Below are positions 10,694 to 20,902 of a DNA stretch of 64,000 nucleotides, one piece after another. The notes beneath the pieces are model-generated. The model did no database searches and was not told the DNA's origin. It saw only the letters and a list, made by a program, of their open reading frames with translations. Within the stretch, counting starts at the first letter, position 1. Every line of letters starts with the position of its first letter. The DNA lies in contig NZ_JAQNDL010000002.1 in assembly GCF_028368995.1 (NCBI RefSeq), forward strand, positions 352,001-416,000. The letters run 5' to 3'. The stretch is from Nannocystis bainbridge (GTDB taxonomy: Bacteria > Myxococcota_A > Polyangia > Nannocystales > Nannocystaceae). Both the position numbers and the translations under genes were made by a program.

Positions 10694-11590
10694 ATGCAAG
10701 CGGCTTTTGCGTGGATCGAACACGAGCGAGCAGGCCTGGCTTCGCAGCTGGCGGAGCGGCTGGCAGGGCGCGCGGGCAGCGTGTTCCGCAGCGCGGGCGA
10801 GGCGACTTGCACGGCGATCGCGGAGGGCTTGATCGCGGCGCTGATCGCCGACGCGGCCAGTGGCAAGGACGCGGCCGGGCGCGAGGCGATGCTGGCGCTG
10901 GTGCAGCGATTCTCGGGGGCGCTGGCCTACGCCGACCTGCGGCACCTGGCGACCTCGCTGCGGTCCCTGGTGCTGGCGGCGGCGAGCGGGGCCGAGCCGG
11001 GGGAGCGCCAGCGGGTCGAGGACTGGCTGTTTCAGCTGGTGCTGGTCGGGGCGATGCGGTTCGTGGCCCAGCGCGAGCAGACGTTCCAGGAGCAGGCGGC
11101 GCGGCTGGAGGTGCGTCAGCTCGAGTCGCAGCTCGAGGAGCTCAAGGCGGCCTTCGCCGAGAAGACGCGGCTGCTCGAGGTCATTCGCCAGGCCTCGACG
11201 CCGGTGGCGCCGGTCCACGAGGGCATCCTGGTGGTGCCGCTGGTCGGGATGTTCGACGCCCAGCGGGCGCAGATGCTGACGGAGCGGCTGCTGAACGCGA
11301 TCGGTGAGGCGCGTGCGAGCGTGGTGATCGTCGACATCTCGGGGGTGCCGCTGTTCGACGCCGAGGCGGCCGAGCTGGTGATCCGCACCAGCCAGGCGGT
11401 GCGGCTGCTCGGGGCGCAGTTGCTGCTGGTGGGGCTGTCGCCCGGGGTGGCGCAGACGATCGTCGACCTCGGGGTCGATCTGGCGAGCCTCAAGACGATG
11501 CGCTCGCTGCAGGACGGCATCAGCCACGCGCTGGCGCTGCGTCAGCTGCGGATCGCGCCGGTGGTGAATGGACCGGGTCGAGGTCGGTGA
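10694..11590 (+). CDS. STAS-domain RsbR-like protein
   Basis: Helical N-terminus and coiled coil, then STPVAPV..VPLVGMFD..VDISGVP..LLGAQLLLVGLSPGVAQTIVDLG. Confidence 0.88.
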   Translation: MQAAFAWIEHERAGLASQLAERLAGRAGSVFRSAGEATCTAIAEGLIAALIADAASGKDAAGREAMLALVQRFSGALAYADLRHLATSLRSLVLAAASGAEPGERQRVEDWLFQLVLVGAMRFVAQREQTFQEQAARLEVRQLESQLEELKAAFAEKTRLLEVIRQASTPVAPVHEGILVVPLVGMFDAQRAQMLTERLLNAIGEARASVVIVDISGVPLFDAEAAELVIRTSQAVRLLGAQLLLVGLSPGVAQTIVDLGVDLASLKTMRSLQDGISHALALRQLRIAPVVNGPGRGR

Positions 11591-11641
11591 TGATGCGCGC
11601 CCCGGTGCTGTGATTCGCCGCGCGGTGCGAGGATTCGCCGG

Positions 11642-12922
11642 TCACTTCGATTCGCCGGCGAGGGCGCGGTCGCAGGCGGCCACGCGGTCGCGCAGGAGGT
11701 CGCGTTCGCGGGCGTTGCGGGTCAAGGATGCGGCGCGCTCGAGCTCGGCGCGAGCCTCGGCGAAGCGGCCGAGCTTGAAGAGAAAATCGCCGCGCACGCC
11801 CGGCAGCAGGTGATAGCGGGCCAGGGCCGGCTCGTCGACGAGGGTGTCGACGATGGCCAGGCCGGCGGCCGGGCCCTCGGCCATGGCGACGGCGACGGCG
11901 CGGTTGAGCTCGACCACCGGCGACGGCGACAACTGATAAAGAGTCCCGTAGAGCGCGGCGATCTTGGCCCAGTCGGTCGCCTCGGGGGTGAGGGCGCGGG
12001 CGTGGCAGGCGGCGATGGCGGCCTGGATCGCGTAGGGGCCGCGGGCGCCGCCGAGCGCGTCGATGCGCTCGAGCGCGGCCAGGCCGCGGCGGATCAGCAA
12101 CCTGTCCCAAAGGCCACGGTTCTGCTCGGCCAGCAGCACCGGCTGGCCGCCGGGGCCGACCCGCGCCCGCGCGCGTGAGGCCTGGATCTCCATCAGCGCG
12201 ACCAGGCCGTGGACCTCGGACTCGTCCGGCATCAGCCCGGCGACGATCCGGCCGAGCCGCAGCGCCTCCTCGCACAGCGCCGGCCGCATCCAGTCGTCGC
12301 CGGAGGTGGCCGAGTAGCCCTCGTTGAAGATGAGGTACAGGACCTCGAGCACCGAGGACAGGCGGGCCGCCAAAGCCGGCCCGCGCGGGACCTCGAACGG
12401 CACGTCGGCGTCGGCGAGGGTCCGCTTGGCCCGCACGATCCGCTGGGCGATCGTCGGCTCCGGCACCAGATAGGCGCGCGCGATCTCCTGCGTCGTGAGG
12501 CCGCCGAGCAGGCGCAGCGTCAGCGCCACGCGGGCCTCGCTCGACAGCGCCGGGTGACACGAGGTGAACACCAGGCGCAGCAGGTCGTCGCCGACGTCGT
12601 CGTCGAGCGCGGCGTCGAGGACGGCCGCGGGCGCGTCCTGCTGGACGTCGAGGACGTGGCCGAGCTCGACGTGCTTGCGGCCGTGTCGCTCGACGCGGCG
12701 CAGGTGATCGATGGCGCGGTGCTTGGCGGCGGTCATCAGCCACGCGCCGGGGTTGTTGGGCACGCCGGCGCTCGGCCATTGCTCGAGCGCGGCGACCAGC
12801 GCGTCCTGGGCCAGCTCTTCGGCGATGCCGAGGTCGCGGACGTAGCGGGTGAGCCCGGCGATCAGCCTGGCCGACTCGAGGCGCCATACGGCGTGGATGG
12901 CGCGATGGGTGTCGGGGGGCAC
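11642..12922 (-). CDS. ECF sigma factor with C-terminal TPR extension (ECF42-type)
   Basis: AEELAQDA, PGAWL, DDLLRLVFTSCHPAL, AQRIVRAKR, YLIFNEGY, TDWAKIAALY, SPVVELNRAVA. Confidence 0.92.
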   Translation of the reverse strand: MPPDTHRAIHAVWRLESARLIAGLTRYVRDLGIAEELAQDALVAALEQWPSAGVPNNPGAWLMTAAKHRAIDHLRRVERHGRKHVELGHVLDVQQDAPAAVLDAALDDDVGDDLLRLVFTSCHPALSSEARVALTLRLLGGLTTQEIARAYLVPEPTIAQRIVRAKRTLADADVPFEVPRGPALAARLSSVLEVLYLIFNEGYSATSGDDWMRPALCEEALRLGRIVAGLMPDESEVHGLVALMEIQASRARARVGPGGQPVLLAEQNRGLWDRLLIRRGLAALERIDALGGARGPYAIQAAIAACHARALTPEATDWAKIAALYGTLYQLSPSPVVELNRAVAVAMAEGPAAGLAIVDTLVDEPALARYHLLPGVRGDFLFKLGRFAEARAELERAASLTRNARERDLLRDRVAACDRALAGESK

Positions 12923-13035
12923 GCGAAGGGACTAGACCACTGTCGTGGGCCGGCGCAAGGGCAGGGCGAAAGATCGCGGTTCGGTGGCGGCGAGCGCGGG
13001 CCGGCGGCCAATCATAGCAGTCGAAACATCGTGGA

Positions 13036-13965
13036 TCAGGGGGCCGGGGGCAGCTCGTCGACGACCCATTGGGCCAGGCGCTGCTCGACGCGGAAGTAGA
13101 GGTCGCGGCGATCGAGCGGGGCCGCCAGCACGTGGCGCTTGAAGTAGACGTAGAACAGGTTGCCGGGCACGCCGACCAGGGCGCGGTGGCGCAGCGCCGG
13201 CGCGGCGTCGTCGGCGAGCGTGTAGAAGCTGCGCAGCTCGACCCCCGGCTCGAGCGCGGTGCTGCGGAACACGCTCGCGCGCAGGGCCGGGCGGCGCGAA
13301 GCCGGGGCGATGCCGGCCAGCAGGGCCCGCAGCTGGGCCAGGCCGAAATCGTCGCCGGGGAAGCCGAGGATCAGCTCGTCGTGCGAGATGGTGGCGATCG
13401 CCCGCTCCTCGAGGCCGCCGCGCCGCAGCTCGTCGGCGAGGGCGGCCGTCAGCCCGTGCTGCAGGCGCTGGGCCTTCTTCGGCTCGAGGTAGCCGAACAC
13501 GGTCTGGCGGAACGCCTTGGACTCGGCGAGCACCGGGTCGACGCCGCGGGCGGCGCAGAACTCGGCCCAGGTGCCGTCGCCCAGCGTGCGCTCGTCGTCG
13601 TGGAGCTTGAGCACGCTGAAGTTGGCCTCGCGCAGGTCGAACGAGACCAGCCACGCACCTGCCTGTTCGGACAGGCGGCTGCGCGTCGGCGGGCTGGGAC
13701 CGACCGGGGCGGCGCACATGCGGCGGAAGGCGGGCGTCTTGCCGAGGGCGTCGCGCAGGGCGACCAGCTGCTGCTGGCGGTATTCGCCGACCGACTGGCC
13801 GCGCGCGGCCAGGCGGTCCTCGAACGCGGCGAAGCGCAGGGCGAGCGCCGGCAGGTCCTCGTACTCGGGCGAGCGCGCGAGGGTGTCGAGGTAGTACGCG
13901 GCGTGCTCGGTCACGGGGATCGTGAGGCGAAACAGCCGGCGGAATTCCTCGAGGTCGCGGAGCAC
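13036..13965 (-). CDS. hypothetical protein with DNA polymerase family A-like palm motifs
   Basis: LVSFDLREANF (motif A-like), SKAFRQTVFG (motif B-like), TISHDELIL (motif C-like). The ORF is solid; the function is inferred. Confidence 0.6.
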   Translation of the reverse strand: MLRDLEEFRRLFRLTIPVTEHAAYYLDTLARSPEYEDLPALALRFAAFEDRLAARGQSVGEYRQQQLVALRDALGKTPAFRRMCAAPVGPSPPTRSRLSEQAGAWLVSFDLREANFSVLKLHDDERTLGDGTWAEFCAARGVDPVLAESKAFRQTVFGYLEPKKAQRLQHGLTAALADELRRGGLEERAIATISHDELILGFPGDDFGLAQLRALLAGIAPASRRPALRASVFRSTALEPGVELRSFYTLADDAAPALRHRALVGVPGNLFYVYFKRHVLAAPLDRRDLYFRVEQRLAQWVVDELPPAP

Positions 13966-14055
13966 GGCGCGAAGCTAGCACGTCCACGCGGCGGTCTCGG
14001 GGCCCGGCCGGTCCGCGAACAGGCCCGCGCGGCGTCGTGGTAGGCTGGCCGCACG

Positions 14056-15165
14056 ATGACCCTCGACCTGCGGCGGACCTCCTGCTTGGTGCTCGTGTGT
14101 GGACTCGGCTGCGGGCAGCCCGGCGCGGGCGACTCGCTCACGGCCGCGACGACGGCGAACTCGACCTCGACGACCGACGCCTCGACGGCCGCCCCGACCG
14201 GGACCACCACCGCGGAAGCGACGACGACCGCGGAGCCGACCACCGGCGAGCTCGACCCGTGCGTCGCCTCGCCGCAGGCGCTGGCCGATTGCTCTGACCC
14301 GGTCGCGTACGCCGAGGATCTGAAATTCATCGCCGACATCCGCACCCCGGGCACGCCGCACTGGAAGGCGGTCCAGGACCTGTGCGCCGAACGGCTGAGC
14401 GAGCTCGGCTATCAGGTCCAGCTGATGGACTACGGCAGCGGCGTCAACGTGGTCGGCCGGCGGCTCGGCACGGTGAACCCGGAGCAGATCGTGCTGGTGG
14501 CCGCCCACTACGATCACATCTCGAATTGTCGCGGCGCCGACGACAACGCCAGCGGCGTGGCGGCGACCCTCGAGATCGCGCGGCTCCTGGCCAAGGTCGA
14601 GTTCGACCGCACGGTCCACATCGCCTGCTGGGACGAGGAGGAGGACGGGCTCATCGGCTCGGAGGCCTACGTGGCGGCCGCCAAGACGGCGGGCGACGAG
14701 ATCGTCGTCGACTTCAACTTCGACATGATCGGCTACACCTCGACCGCCGAGAACAGCCAGACGGTGCCCACCGGCTTCGGGCTGGTGTTCGCCGAGGCCT
14801 ACGCCGAGCTCGAGGCCAACCAGTTCCGCGGCGACTTCATCGCCATCATCAGCAGCGCCAAGGCCAACGCCCACGCGACCGCCTACGCGGCGGCGGCCGA
14901 CCGCATCGGCCTGCGCCGCGCGCTCATCGAGCTGCCCGCCGGCCAGGAGTCGTCGGACCTGTTCGCCGACCTGCGGCGCTCCGATCACGCCCCGTTCTGG
15001 GACGCGGGCTATCCGGCGGTGTTCCTCACCGACACCAGCGAGTTCCGCTACGCCAATTATCATTGCATGGCCGGCGAGGACGAGGTCGCCAACCTCGACC
15101 TCGAGTTCGCGGCCGCGGTGACGCGCGCGACCGTCGAGGCCAGCGCGGTCGCTCTCGGGATGTGA
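14056..15165 (+). CDS. M28 family metallopeptidase lipoprotein
   Basis: Lipobox GLGC, Thr linker, AAHYDH, GADDNASG, DEEEDGLIGS, NFDMIG, RSDHAPF, YH. Confidence 0.92.
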   Translation: MTLDLRRTSCLVLVCGLGCGQPGAGDSLTAATTANSTSTTDASTAAPTGTTTAEATTTAEPTTGELDPCVASPQALADCSDPVAYAEDLKFIADIRTPGTPHWKAVQDLCAERLSELGYQVQLMDYGSGVNVVGRRLGTVNPEQIVLVAAHYDHISNCRGADDNASGVAATLEIARLLAKVEFDRTVHIACWDEEEDGLIGSEAYVAAAKTAGDEIVVDFNFDMIGYTSTAENSQTVPTGFGLVFAEAYAELEANQFRGDFIAIISSAKANAHATAYAAAADRIGLRRALIELPAGQESSDLFADLRRSDHAPFWDAGYPAVFLTDTSEFRYANYHCMAGEDEVANLDLEFAAAVTRATVEASAVALGM

Positions 15166-15536
15166 CCGCCGGGGCGCGCGATCGATCGATCGGGCGTTCG
15201 CGCGGCGACTCGCTGCATTGGGCCCGGCCTCGCATGAGGCCGGCGAGGGGCCCGTGCGTGAACTCCGGTCAATGGCGGGGTCGACCGCAACGCCGGCGCA
15301 GCGGGGCGCTCGCCCATAGCGACGGTCGGGGTATCACCCTGTCAGCCGCCGGGCGGCGCGCTGCTCCCAATGGGCAATCGTACGACCCGGCCATACGGGC
15401 GGGGCGGGGCGGGCCCGCGCAAAGGCCCCGGTTCGGCCGCTGCGCGGCCCGTGGCGCGGGTGCTTGCATTCGCGCCGGCGAAATTCCCGGGGGCCGCCAT
15501 TGCCAAATGGCCACGGTTGACGGATATGGACCGCGC

Positions 15537-17027
15537 ATGATTAAGGCCATCTCGACATACGCCCTGCCGCGCCTCTCGGCCGGCGCCCTGTTTACATTCA
15601 GCGCCTCGCTGGTCGCGCTGGGTTGCCCGGCCGACTCCGGCACCTCGACCGGGACCGAGACCGAGACCGGCACCGACACCGGCACCGATGCGGGCACGGA
15701 GACGGCGGGTCCCACCACCGTCGACCCGAGCGAGACCGGCGGCCTGACGACCTCGACGACGATCGACCCGACCACCGCCGGGCCGACCAGCACGACGGAG
15801 GACGAGACGACGACCACGACCGAGGCGACGACGGTCGACACCACCACGACCGAGGCGACCACGGTCGACACCACCAGCGCCGAGACGACGACCACGACCG
15901 GCGTGGTGGAGGAGACCACCACCACCGGGACCGACACGACCGACACCACGACCGGCGAGACGACCACCGAGGACACCACGACCGGCGGGCCGATCAAGCC
16001 CGAGGACTGCGAGGAGCTGCCGATCTTCGGCGTCGAGCTGCTGAGCCAGCAGGAGCACCAGCTCGAGAGCGCCGGGCCGGTGCCGCTCGTGCGCACGCCC
16101 GCGGGGCAGGCCAGCATCACCGCCGATCCGGCGCTGTTCGACCTGCTGCGGATCCTCTTCGACGGCGACCTCGGCGTCGGCGTGCACGCGCTGGATCCGG
16201 ACCCCAACCATGCGGTCCCCAACAACGTCCAGCTTTACGTGCCGATCAGCAACGCCGCCGTGGTCTACCAGGAGGACCTGGCGATGAACGCCTACACCAA
16301 GGTGTTCACGGCCGTCGCCGGCGAGCTCGAGATCTTCGACCTGGTGACGCCGCACCAGACCCACGGCCGCGTGCGCCACGTCGAGCTGCGCGAGATGGTG
16401 AAGGTCGGCGACCTGCTCGAGCCGGTGATGGGCGGGGCCTGCTACTGGATCGAGGAGGCCGAGTACGACGTGCGGCGGCCCAGCGGCTGCGCCCCGTTCA
16501 CCGACGATGCGTGCGCTGCGGAGCAGTTCTGCATGCCGGTCAACGCGATCGGCAGCGACGGCGTGTGCGTGACCGGCGGGGCCAAGGTCGAGGGTGAGAC
16601 GTGCGCTCTGGTCGACCCCAACGGCTGGGACTCGGACTGCGGGCTCGGCCTGCGCTGCGTCGATTTCGGCGACGGCCACGAGTGCGGCCAGGTCTGTGAC
16701 GTGCTGTCCGACGCGCCGGGCTGTCCCGCGGGCACCCACTGCGGCGGCGGCTACAACATGTGCCTGCCCGAGGCGCTGCTGCAGAACAGCGGCATCGACC
16801 CGGCGCCGCTCGGCGAGCCGTGCGTCGACAACCCGGCGGCGCTGTACTGCGGCGGCGAGGGCCGGCCGGGGCACTGCTACGACGACGACGGCAACGACGG
16901 CCCGCTGGTGTCGACGTGCCTGCCGTTCCTGCCGGCGCAGTCGCAGTGCGAGGCGCCGCAGGTCGCCGGCTACGTGGCGTACAAGGCGGGCATCGACCGC
17001 TCGACGCTGTGGTGCCTCACGCCGTGA
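15537..17027 (+). CDS. lipoprotein with long Thr-rich linker and Cys-rich C-terminus
   Basis: Lipobox ALGC, ~110-aa Thr/Glu linker, many Cys. Confidence 0.8.
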   Translation: MIKAISTYALPRLSAGALFTFSASLVALGCPADSGTSTGTETETGTDTGTDAGTETAGPTTVDPSETGGLTTSTTIDPTTAGPTSTTEDETTTTTEATTVDTTTTEATTVDTTSAETTTTTGVVEETTTTGTDTTDTTTGETTTEDTTTGGPIKPEDCEELPIFGVELLSQQEHQLESAGPVPLVRTPAGQASITADPALFDLLRILFDGDLGVGVHALDPDPNHAVPNNVQLYVPISNAAVVYQEDLAMNAYTKVFTAVAGELEIFDLVTPHQTHGRVRHVELREMVKVGDLLEPVMGGACYWIEEAEYDVRRPSGCAPFTDDACAAEQFCMPVNAIGSDGVCVTGGAKVEGETCALVDPNGWDSDCGLGLRCVDFGDGHECGQVCDVLSDAPGCPAGTHCGGGYNMCLPEALLQNSGIDPAPLGEPCVDNPAALYCGGEGRPGHCYDDDGNDGPLVSTCLPFLPAQSQCEAPQVAGYVAYKAGIDRSTLWCLTP

Positions 17028-17094
17028 GGCGCAGGGCCGGGCGCGGTGCCCGGAGGGGCGGGCGCCCGGGGTCGCCGGCGTGATGTGTTCGTAA

Positions 17095-17160
17095 GAGCAT
17101 GCTCGCCAGGACATGTCCTTGAGGGCATGCTCTTGTGGGCATGCCCATTCGGGCATGTCC
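17095..17160. repeat. five-box CATG array (14-bp period)
   Basis: GAGCATGCTC, GGACATGTCC, GGGCATGCTC, GGGCATGCCC, GGGCATGTCC, each separated by 4 nt (cores 17098, 17112, 17126, 17140, 17154). Confidence 0.92.
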
Positions 17161-17173
17161 CGAGAGTCAGATG

Positions 17174-19378
17174 TCAGCCCAGGTCGGCGAGCGCCAGCGG
17201 CCAGCGGTGGTCGTAGGCCACCAGCTTGCCGGTGGCCGCCAGCGGCGCGGCGTCGGGGAGCGGCTGCGGGTCGCCCTCGGCGGCGAGCACGAACGCGTGC
17301 AGCGGGGTGACGACGACCACGCCGCGCTCGCTGCCGGTGGCCAGCAAGTGGGTCACGGGCGGTTGCACGACCTCGCCGGCGGGCAGGGTCTGCTCGCCGC
17401 AGGGGCGGCCCTCGGCGTCGAACCACAGGTGACGGTCGTCGCTCTCGACCACCAGGCGGCCGGCGCCGTCGAACTCGAACAGCCAGGCGTTCTTCAGGGT
17501 CCTGCGGGCCAGCTCGCGGCCGGCGCGGATGTCGTGGAGGACCAGCGCGTCGTCCTTGCGGGCGGTCCAGGCGACCCGCTGGCCGTCGGCCGAGAAGCGC
17601 GGCGACTCGTACTCGCCCCACGGGGCCGCGACCTCGCGGAAGCCCGCGCCCTCGCGCAGCCAGCAGCGCGACACGTGGCGCCCGCGCTGCGAGTCGTAGA
17701 CGTCGGCCTTGAACAGCGAGCCGTCGTCGCTGGCCAGCAGGTTGCCCGAGCTGAGGAAATCATCGGACGAGACCACGCCGAGCTGGGCGAGCTCGCGGCC
17801 CTCGGCGTCGAGCTCGACCAGCCGGCCGCTGCGGTCCTCCTCGCGCAGCAGCGCGAACACGCCGCCGGTGCGCTCGATCGGCGCGGCGTGGTGGATCCGG
17901 ATCGCCAACTGCTCGGCCCCGGCGGCGGTCAGGCGGAAGGCGTCGTCGTTGTTGAACCACGCCAGCGCGGCGTCGCGGCCGAGCGGGACGGCGCCGCTGA
18001 ACGCGTGCGAGGCGCCCCAATCGATGCCGCGGGCCAGCTCGACGCCGGCGGGCGAGCGCAGGGCGACGCCCTTCTCGACTTCGGTGAAGCCGAGGATCAG
18101 GCCGCTGCCGTCGCGCGTGACCTGAGGCTCGTACAGCGGCGGGGACATGTGCGCGGCCCGGACCGCGCCCTTCGGCAGGGTCTGGCGGAACCGGACCGCG
18201 CCGTCGTGGCCGAGGTGGAGCACCTGGTCCTCGTGGACGCGGGCGATCAGGCCGTCGGAGGCGCCGGCGGAGCTGATCTGATCGACCTCGGCGATCGGGC
18301 CGGCGAAGCGCAGGCCCTCGGGCTCGAGCGTGGCCACGAACAGCTGGCCGCCGCGGCGCGCGAGCGCGGCCAGCGTGCCGCTGGCGTCGCGGTGCATCAT
18401 GCCGACCGCGCAGTCTTGCTGGATCCGCGTCTGCAGCTTGCGCGCGATCGTGCCTTCCACGTCGGCCCACACCACCTCGCCGGCGGCAGTGCCGAACACG
18501 AACTGACCGGCGGCGAGGCCTGGCGCGATCGCGGTGATCGGGCCGTCGGTCGACGGCAGGGTCGAGGCGACCGCGCCCGCGCGCAGCACCGCGACCGCGC
18601 CGGCGGTGGCGACCGCGATCGCGTCCTCGCCGACCGCCGCGAGGCCGACCACCGGGCCTTCGACGCGACCGAGGGGCACCAGCGCGGCGTCCTTGCCGGG
18701 CTGCCAGGCGGCGACGCTGCCGTCGTCGAAGCCGATCAGCGCCCGCGCGCCGGCGGCCGCGAGCGCGGTCGCCTGAACGCCTGTCTCGAAGGACAGGTCG
18801 GCGATCGGCTCGCCGTCGCGATGGGCGCGCAGCTCGGCGCGACCGAGGGTGACGAGCACGTCCTCCGCGAGCGCCGTGAACGCGCGCAGGCCGAGGTGCT
18901 GCGCGGCCCAGGTCGGCTTGCCCACGCTGGCGCGGCCGCGCTTCTGCGCGACCTCGTAGGCCTCGATCGCGCCGCTGTCGCGGGCGACCACGACCTGGGC
19001 ATCGTCGGCGACGAAGGCGGCGCCCATCCGCCGCATCGGCGCGGGATAGGCGGCGGTGTCGCGGCCGTCGCCCTTCTTGATCCCCTGCAGCCAGGCAGCG
19101 TCGCGGACCACGAGGGTGAAGGTGGCGCTGGCCTTGGGGACGGTGCTGCGCGCCGACACCAGGCACTCGGCCACGTAGTCGTGGAGCTCGCCGGCGGTCG
19201 CGTGGGGATCCTGGTCGTTGGCGCGGGCGATCGGGCCGGCGGCGCCGAGGCCGTCGAGCAGCCGCAGGGCGAAGATCGGGCAGAAGGAGACGACGTCCTT
19301 CTCGAGCGAGCGCACGGTCAGCTTGATCTCGGCGCCCTTGAGCGCGGCGACTTTGACGGAGTAAGTGGCGGTCGACAT
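17174..19378 (-). CDS. beta-propeller (WD40-like) repeat protein
   Basis: Repeated beta-strand units ([33 protein letters not shown]). Confidence 0.7.
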   Translation of the reverse strand: MSTATYSVKVAALKGAEIKLTVRSLEKDVVSFCPIFALRLLDGLGAAGPIARANDQDPHATAGELHDYVAECLVSARSTVPKASATFTLVVRDAAWLQGIKKGDGRDTAAYPAPMRRMGAAFVADDAQVVVARDSGAIEAYEVAQKRGRASVGKPTWAAQHLGLRAFTALAEDVLVTLGRAELRAHRDGEPIADLSFETGVQATALAAAGARALIGFDDGSVAAWQPGKDAALVPLGRVEGPVVGLAAVGEDAIAVATAGAVAVLRAGAVASTLPSTDGPITAIAPGLAAGQFVFGTAAGEVVWADVEGTIARKLQTRIQQDCAVGMMHRDASGTLAALARRGGQLFVATLEPEGLRFAGPIAEVDQISSAGASDGLIARVHEDQVLHLGHDGAVRFRQTLPKGAVRAAHMSPPLYEPQVTRDGSGLILGFTEVEKGVALRSPAGVELARGIDWGASHAFSGAVPLGRDAALAWFNNDDAFRLTAAGAEQLAIRIHHAAPIERTGGVFALLREEDRSGRLVELDAEGRELAQLGVVSSDDFLSSGNLLASDDGSLFKADVYDSQRGRHVSRCWLREGAGFREVAAPWGEYESPRFSADGQRVAWTARKDDALVLHDIRAGRELARRTLKNAWLFEFDGAGRLVVESDDRHLWFDAEGRPCGEQTLPAGEVVQPPVTHLLATGSERGVVVVTPLHAFVLAAEGDPQPLPDAAPLAATGKLVAYDHRWPLALADLG

Positions 19379-19547
19379 GGGGGGGCGCCGGCCATCCTAT
19401 CATCGAGGTCCTGCGCATCGGCTGGGGGCGCGGGGAGGCGGGGGCCGCGGAGCGACGGTCGGGGGCGGCCTGGCCGTGGCCCGGCGCGGCCGGGGGCGCG
19501 AGCGGGAGACGAGGCGCGGCGATCGGCTTACGATCCACGGGACCGCC

Positions 19548-20843
19548 ATGCGCCGCCTCGCCGCCCTCGCCGCCCTCGCGCTCGCCATCACATGTCTTTG
19601 GGGACAGCCTGCCGCCTCGGCCGCCGCGCCGGCGCCGGTGCCCGATAAGGCGTACTTGCTGCGGCCGGCGCGGGTGTTCGACGGCGAGGCGGCGCGCGAG
19701 GGCTGGGTCGTGCTGGTCCGCGGCGAGCGGATCGCGGCGGTCGGGCCGGCGGCGCAGGTCGGCGTGCCGGCCGACGCGGAGCCGATCGAGCTGGCGAACA
19801 CCACGCTGCTGCCCGGGCTCATCGAGGGCCACTCGCACCTGCTGCTGCACCCGTATGACGAGACGTCGTGGAACGACCAGGTGCTGCGCGAGCCGCTGAC
19901 GGTGCGCGTGGCCCGGGCCACCAACCACGCCCGCGATGCGCTGCTGGCCGGGTTCACGACGGTGCGCGACCTCGGCACCGAGGGCGCGGCGGAGGCCGAC
20001 GTGGGGCTCAAGCAGGCGATCCGGCAGGGCATCATCCCCGGGCCGCGGGTGGTGACGACGACGCGGGCGATCGTCGCCACCGGGACCTACGCGCCGCGGG
20101 GCTTCGCGCCGGCGTGGCACGTGCCGCAGGGCGCGGAGGAGGCCGACGGCGAGGACCTGGTCCGGGTGGTGCGCGGCCAGATCGCCCGCGGGGCCGATTG
20201 GATCAAGGTGTACGGCGATTACGCGTGGGGGCCGAAGGGCGAGGCGCTGCCGACGTTCTCATTGGCGGAGATGCAGCGGATCGTGGCGACGGCGCGCGAC
20301 GGCCGGCGGCCGGTGGTGGTCCACGCGAGCACGCCGGAGGGCATGAAGCGGGCGGTGCTGGCCGGGGCGGAGACGATCGAGCACGGCGACGGCGGGACCG
20401 CGGAGGTGTTCAAGCTGATGGCGAAGCGCGGGGTCTACCTGTGCCCGACGCTGGCGGCCACCGACGCGGTCCAGCAGTACGCCGGCTGGAAGCCGGGCGT
20501 CGGGCCCGAGCCGCAGGCGATCCGCGACAAGCGGGCCAGCTTCCGCGCGGCGCTGACCGCCGGGGTGCCGATCTGCTTCGGCAGCGACGTCGGGGTGTTC
20601 CGCCACGGCGACAACGCGCGCGAGCTCGAGCTCATGGTCGACTACGGGATGAAGCCGATCCAGGCCCTGCGCGCGGCCACGTCGGTCAACGCGCGGATGC
20701 TTCACATGGCCGACAGCATCGGCCAGGTCAAGGTCGGGCTGCTCGCCGACCTGGTGGCCGTCGAGGGCGACCCGACCCGCACGATCTCGGCGGTCCGGCA
20801 GGTCCGCTTCGTCATGAAGGGCGGGGCGATCCACCGCCGATGA
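19548..20843 (+). CDS. secreted metal-dependent amidohydrolase (prolidase-like)
   Basis: Signal peptide, [46 protein letters not shown]. Confidence 0.92.
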   Translation: MRRLAALAALALAITCLWGQPAASAAAPAPVPDKAYLLRPARVFDGEAAREGWVVLVRGERIAAVGPAAQVGVPADAEPIELANTTLLPGLIEGHSHLLLHPYDETSWNDQVLREPLTVRVARATNHARDALLAGFTTVRDLGTEGAAEADVGLKQAIRQGIIPGPRVVTTTRAIVATGTYAPRGFAPAWHVPQGAEEADGEDLVRVVRGQIARGADWIKVYGDYAWGPKGEALPTFSLAEMQRIVATARDGRRPVVVHASTPEGMKRAVLAGAETIEHGDGGTAEVFKLMAKRGVYLCPTLAATDAVQQYAGWKPGVGPEPQAIRDKRASFRAALTAGVPICFGSDVGVFRHGDNARELELMVDYGMKPIQALRAATSVNARMLHMADSIGQVKVGLLADLVAVEGDPTRTISAVRQVRFVMKGGAIHRR

Positions 20844-20855
20844 CGGGCGATGGAA

Positions 20856-20889
20856 TCATGCCACATGTCTCCGGAGACATGTGGCATGA
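20856..20889. repeat. perfect 34-bp palindrome built from CATG boxes; possible bidirectional terminator or REP-like hairpin
   Basis: TCATGCCACATGTCTCCGGAGACATGTGGCATGA equals its own reverse complement and lies between convergent stop codons. Confidence 0.88.
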
Positions 20890-20902
20890 ATGCCCGGGCC
20901 GT

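Noticed and set aside
17095-17160. Boxes match the eukaryotic p53 half-site consensus RRRCWWGYYY
   Set aside because: The context is clearly bacterial and no p53-like protein is evident. Treated as a coincidental resemblance.
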